Shown here: positions 57,577 through 64,000 of the stretch, piece by piece | Layout of the letters: each line of letters begins with the position of its first letter | How positions within the stretch are numbered: the first letter of the stretch is position 1 | Source of the DNA: Bugula neritina | Taxonomy: Eukaryota > Animalia > Bryozoa | NCBI GenBank assembly: GCA_964035545.1 | Contig: OZ037766.1 | Coordinates: 23,862,126 to 23,926,125 of the forward strand | Direction of reading: 5' to 3' | Length of the DNA: 64,000 nucleotides | The notes under the pieces: model-generated | What the model was told of the DNA's origin: nothing | Database searches by the model: none | What the model saw: only the letters and a program-made list of their open reading frames with translations | Made by a program: the position numbers and the translations under genes

Positions 57577-60500
57577 ATGTTTACTCTTCATAAATGTGTT
57601 TTCTTGTTGATTCTGATGGAAAGTGGTATGAGAGGTGGGTGAGTCTACAGCTTCAGTTTAGCACAAAGCAAGATGCAGGTTATACAGCATAATTCTCAAG
57701 AATTGGCTACTTAAAATTAGTCTTTAAACAATTACCTATATTACAATAGTAGAAAAAAATACTGGTGTGGAAATTTCATGCTGGTATATCTACAGGGTAT
57801 CGTTTCTAAACTGACACAAAGTTTCATTTTTTTATTTTAGCAGAAATTTAATTATTTAGTGATTTTTTTAGCAACAATTCTATCTTTTTGAAATTGCAGA
57901 TATTATTTCCACTGAGCCATTTAGGATGATGCATTGTTCATTAGTCTTCACTGGCTTTTAGGTGCTTTTAGAAAGTTTATTTTGGTACTTTCTCCGTGTA
58001 AAAACAATTATATTTATAGAATACATGGAGGTTATTTTTAAAGTTGCATAATCTTACAGTCTGATGATTCAAAAATGTTATTCTGTTGCATATATATATC
58101 CATCGTTCCACTTGTCTCATTGCTACAGTTGGCTTACAAAAAAATATTAAAAGGTTTTTATTTCTTCATTAATAATGCTTACTCCAACTTATCCTAATTA
58201 ATTTACTGCATTGTAATAACAGATTAAAAATGTACACATAACAAAATTAAAATTACATATAATATTGGTACTATGCTGATTAATTCCCAGCATCCCTAGT
58301 CTCTTTTATTAATGGAAAAGTATTACGAGACAACGCATTGGCAATAAAAGCATAATTTTTAAAATAGTTGTTATAATAAGGCTGCATAATAAGGCTGGTA
58401 AGAATTTGGTTTCCTTTACCAAAAGCACATTTCTAAGTCAAGAAATGGCAATTGGCAGTTGGTACTTGATGGGAATTAATTAGATATACCATAAAACTTG
58501 CTTGTAGATTATAGAATAAACTTAAACACCTGCATAGCTCATCATTTGACATATTTTATGCAGAAATAAAGTCTAGCTATAAAATGTTCATAGGTATAAT
58601 ATCTTTCATAAAAAAATTATTTAATTTTACACATGTTTTATACTTCCGCTTGCTGAAAAGGAACTTTTAACACACAAACCAGTTATTATCAAAAATTAGT
58701 ACAGAAAGTTGTAAAGAAGCTATTTTATTAGTAACAAACTGTAAAGCAACATGTTAAGTAAAACTGTACTAGTATATGTATTGCAGTTCGAACTTTGATA
58801 AATATTTATAAACGTTCATAAAATAAAAATAATAGAAGATAAATTTTAGTAATAACTATAACATAATATATGTATTTCAAAAGCAAATTAATAAAGTATG
58901 TAGATTAAAAATGCATTTTAAAGTAGAAACATATTTAATCATTATCATCTGCTTAGATTTACCAGCACAATTTAAGTATTATATATATGCAAGTTTTTCT
59001 ACGGCTAAATCTTTTTAGCAGCATATAATTATAAATTACAGATAAAATTTATTGCTGAATAAAATGTATAAGTAACTAAAAGTGAGTAAGTGTTATATAA
59101 TGTAGTTTACTGGTTCAAGTCCAGTTGACATTTATCATTTATTTCCTAACCTCTTTTAAGATCGCTAAGTTAGAGCTGTCCAACAGGCATTTATGTGACC
59201 CTAAAAAAAAACAAGTAAAATTGTTTTGCACATACATATGAATTAGAATAAAAAGAATCAGCTTTTATTTTTTTTATATATTGTACTAAAAACATGCAGC
59301 ATGCAGTAATTGTTGAAACTTTATTGTGTAATGATTAATAGAAATTTGGAATAAAACTTTATGCTGTGGCCACCAGCCTAAGCTAAACTTTACAATGTGA
59401 CACTTGCCATAGGATAGCCCATTGCAGTGGCTCTCAATTGGTAAATGTTGGACACCCCTGGGCTAAATACTCAGGAATCTTGATGATATCTAAAGTGAAC
59501 ATATAATTATGGTATTTAAAATCTCTAGTGGTTGTAGTAGTAATTTTAGCACTTTCATATTCCAACCTGCTTCTGAATTTAAACTTGATGACAACTGCAA
59601 AAGTTGCTTGACTTTTTAATTCTATATGTCACTTTATAGTTAGTGCTGCTGATGCCTCTCAAGGTTTGCTGGGTCTACTGCAGAACCTCATCTCAGTGAC
59701 AGTTAATAATACAGGAAGTGATGTCACAGTTCCTTTAGTAGTACAAGGAACAGAAGTAATAACAGTTCCAACACAAAGTACTTCCTTCAAGACTGCTCAA
59801 AGAGATACACAAACATCTGAACTCACAACATCTACAACTCCATCAATCAGTAAAACAACAAAATCTAGAAGTCTGTTAGATTTATTAAAAAGTGTTGTTT
59901 CAGTTACAGTTTATGAAACAGGAGTTGATGTTACAGTTCCATTAAAATTAGTTGGGGGTGGGTTGCCTATAGTAAAGACAACTACTAACATTAGAGCCGG
60001 ACCAACTACTACCAATACAGTGATACCAACTACAACCACTACAAACACACCATCTACTACCACTACAACAATACCAACTACTACCACTACAACAACACCA
60101 ACTACTAACACTACAAAGTCACCAACTACTACCACTACAGTGATACCAACTACTACCACTACAGTGATACCAAGTACTACTACTACAGTGATACCAACTA
60201 CTACCACTACAAACACACCATCTACTAACATTATAACAATACCAACTACTATCACTACAAGCACACTAACTACTATTACAACAGCTACACCAAAAACTAT
60301 CACAATGGCACCAACCACAACAGCTTTAAACATTTGTGATAGTGTGATAGTAGACTATTTTTTAATAACCTTACCCAACACATCAGATAACAGCTCTATT
60401 ACAATGTTGTTGATGCAGTTTGCTACCGCTAAAACGGTAAGTTGTCACTGCATATTTATAATTTTACTTTATTTAGTTATGTGTAAGTTACAATGGAATC

Positions 60501-63500
60501 ATTTCAATTATTATACATATACAGGTAGTAATTATCAACAGATATATATAAGCTTCTTTGAATGCTGTATACTATTATTGTGTATAACTAAAGTGACCAG
60601 TTTGTATAAAATCAAAAAAAAATTTGAGAATGACTAGAATTATAACTGAAGTCATGTGTTGTAGTGTGATTGGTATATCATTTTGAAAATAGTTTTGTCT
60701 GCGAGTATTGTTGTATATTTGATGCATGCAGCTTCTTTAGTGTTCGAAAAATATATATCCTACGTTCTAAACAATTGATAATTAAGCTAACATAACCATA
60801 TATAGTGATAAATAATTTCAAGTGACTGCATATGCGCACTATTTACATAACAAGGAGCAAATAAGTTGGTTTAGCTAATCAAGTTACTGTAGATTTTACA
60901 AGCTATTCTAATTATTGCTGTTGCTAGTCTCTGCCGTTTTAGTGTAGGCCTATTGCATCACTGAAAAGGTTTTTGTACTGCTCCTTTTTTTTTGTATTTT
61001 GTATGCAACTAACTTAATGATCCCAATTTAAATTCAATTTTTAATTTACTTGTGACATATACTTTATTTAATTCAAAATCATCGTTTATTCTACAAATTT
61101 CAATTATCTCCCTAACAGCAACGTATTTTATCAAGTTTCAACCCATTCAAGTAGAGGTTTTGTATTATACTATTCTATATGTCTGTACAACTCAAACCAC
61201 ATAAAAACTATACTAGTATCTTGTTGGACTTTTAAAGAGGAAAGTTAAAAGTATTTTCTAATCTACAATGTACAATAGCTTTCTAAAAGTTTGAAATTCC
61301 TAACATCTCTAATTTTACTCGAGTGCTCTACCTGCTGCTAAATTATGTCCCAAAAGTGTAAGACTTATGGCGTTTGCTAAAAATATCGCATAATTAAAAG
61401 TTTTACATTTTTCTGCTTTTTTATTTAGCTTAAAGTCATGACAATAAAAAGTCAACAAGTCATAAATAAATCATTTGTGATGGGCAGTAATTTTTGTTCA
61501 TTATAATTATATCTTGGTATCAAATTGATACCATATCTATAATGTTTTAACTCAAATAATGAAGTAAACTTGAAAGCATAGCATAAAAGATGATTTGCAA
61601 TAAGTATTTCTACATATTAAATCATTATATATAGTATCACCTCTTTTAATTGTCCTTAAAGACATGGTATACATATAATATACTAAATATTTGATACTTT
61701 GAGTTTGATTTCAACAAAACAGTTCCTTATAATCTGTCACAACTGTTCATTGATATATAACATGGTAAGAAATATACATATAGTGTATACATTATAGTAT
61801 ACAAAAGCTTATTTATAATTGATTTTTGTAGTTAGAGCAGTACTTGATAGACAGGAATGCACAGAATACCACGTATAAAGTTGTTGATGTCAGTTGCTAT
61901 TCCAACTCTCCAACTGATTACACCTGCAGAACCACATGTGAACAGAAACCAACCAGGTTACGCCAAAAGAGAAGTCAATCTCAGATCTTTTCAGACTTTA
62001 ACAATTATCTTCAAAACAATAACTCATTTGTTGATATTTTAAAGAATATCCAGATGAATGGAGTATCAGCAGCCAACTTGACAGCAAAAGTCAACAACAC
62101 TGGTGGACAAGGAGTTCCTCCAGGGACAAACTTCACTGTTTCTGGTAATCCATCCATCTCCAGCCATCAGCAAACACTAATACCAGCAACTAATACCACA
62201 GCAACAACATCAACTACTAACATTACAAACACACCAACTACTACCATTACAAACACACCAACTACTACTACAGCAGCTACACCAAAAACTACCACAAAGG
62301 CACCAATCACAAAAGCTTCCAAACTGTGTGATAGTGTGATAGTAGACTCTTTCCTAGTAACTTTACCCAACACATCAGATAACAGCTCTAGTACAATATT
62401 ATTGATGCAGCTTGCCATGGCTAAAACGGTGAGTTGTTACTGCATATATATTCACAATATTACTATACTACATTTTAAACTAATGTATGAAGTAATATTT
62501 TAGGAAACCCCAAAAATTTTTTAACAAGGCTAAAAATAGTTTGGTTATGTATAAGTTACAATGGAGTCATTTCAATTATTATACATGTACAGATAGTTAT
62601 TATCAACAGATATATAGCATATAGGCTTATTTGAATGCTGTATATTATTATTGTGTTAACTAAAGTGACCATGGTTTGTATAAAATCAAGTAAATATTTG
62701 AGCATGACTAGAATTATAACTGAAGTCATGTGTTGTAGTGTGATTGGTATACCATTTTGAAAATAGTTTTGTCTGCGAGTATTGTTGTATATTTGATGCA
62801 TGCATCTTCTTTAGCGTTCGAAAAATATATATCCTACGTTCTAGACAATTGATAATTAAGCTAACATAACCATATATAGTGATAAATAATTTCAAGTGAC
62901 TGCATATGAGCACTATTTACATAACAAGGAGCAAATAAGTTAGTTTAGCTAATCAAGTTACTGTAGATTTTACAAACTATTCCAATTATTGCTGTTGCTA
63001 GTCTCTGCCGTTTTAGTGTAGGCCTATTGCATAACTGGAAAGGTGTTTTGTAATGCTCCTTTTTTTCGTATTTTGTAGGCAACTAAGATCCCAATTTAAT
63101 TTTAATTTTTAATTTACTTGTGATATGTATACTTTATTCAACTCCAAAGCATTGTTTATTCTACAAATTCCAATTATCTCTTTAATAGTAACATATTTTA
63201 TCAAGTTTCTTACAATTCATATGGGAGCTTTTCAATTATAGCCTACTATTCTATATCTCTGTACAACTCAAACCACATAGAAACCATATTAGTATCAATA
63301 TAGACTTTTACAGAGGAATAAGTCAAAAGTGTTTCCAAATCATCAACGTACAACAGCTTTCTTAAAATTTGAAATCCCTAACATCTCTAATATTGAAGGA
63401 GTGCTCTACCTGCTGCTATAATTTGTTATGATGTCCCAAATAGTGTGAAACGCATGGTATTTGCTAAAAGTATCACATAATTAAAGGGTTTATATTTTCT

Positions 63501-64000
63501 GCTTTTTTATTCAGCGTGAAGTTATGACAGGACGTCAACAAGTCATAAATAAATCACTTGTGATGGGCAGTAATTGTTGTTCATTATAATTATCTCAGCT
63601 TGGTAACAAATTGATACCTTATCTATAGTGTTTTAACTCAAATAATGAAGTAAACTTTAAAGCATAGTATAAAAAAGATTTGCAATAAATATTTCTACAT
63701 CTGGTAAACTATTATATATTTAGTATAGCCTTTATTATTGTCCTTTAAAACATATAGTATGCATATAATAATATATTAAATAATTAATAATTTGACTTTG
63801 GTTTCAACAAAACAGCTCTTTATAATCTGTCACAATACTGTTTATTGATAGTTAACTTGGTAAGCAATATACATATTGTATACATAGTATACAAAAGTTA
63901 TTTATAATTGGTTTTTGTAGTTAGAACAGTACTTGATAGACAGGAATACACAGAGTACCACGTATAAAGTTGTTGATGTCAGTTGCTATTCCAACTCTCC
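57577..64000 (+). CDS. Gene F: gene D-type mucin with at least two tandem SEA-like/RQKR modules, 3'-incomplete
   Basis: Exons 57577-57634 (signal), 59640-60436 (phase 1-0), 61832-62428 (phase 0-0, 597 bp), 63921 to beyond 64000. All are open and GT-AG bounded. Confidence 0.82.

Overview
AT-rich eukaryotic (animal, probably invertebrate) genomic DNA with GT-AG spliced genes; the ORF track mostly captures single exons plus intron read-through. I read exon coordinates by hand, so allow a few bp of error. The window holds a tandem cluster of predicted secreted modular proteins. Gene A (5' end outside the window, to 11003) and gene B (12408-28514; signal peptide + 17 EGF, ~763 aa) are EGF-array genes made of one-domain phase-1/phase-1 exons, with shared exon blocks in a swapped order. 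Genes C (30091-35126), D (36697-43658), E (minus strand, 52852-~48026) and F (57577 to beyond the window) are mucin-like. They have a signal exon, a duplicated 'LLxLL..[16 protein letters not shown]' motif and a Thr-rich VNTR, followed either by a SEA-like domain with an RQKR furin site or by EGF exons. Every gene whose 3' end is visible finishes with the same two-exon cassette: a W-containing EGF plus a 164-bp terminal cbEGF exon with an aromatic tail. The cluster was built from a ~6.6-kb repeat unit that straddles gene boundaries. It also carries a ~7.9-kb inversion (~48024-55938) with reciprocal breakpoints, one of which splits a terminal exon. The last three exons of a UCP-like SLC25 mitochondrial carrier lie on the minus strand (47042-45454), and their 5' side abuts a duplication breakpoint. 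Other elements: a tRNA-derived SINE family, a hAT-like MITE relic, micro- and minisatellites, pseudoexons and a 62-bp perfect palindrome.
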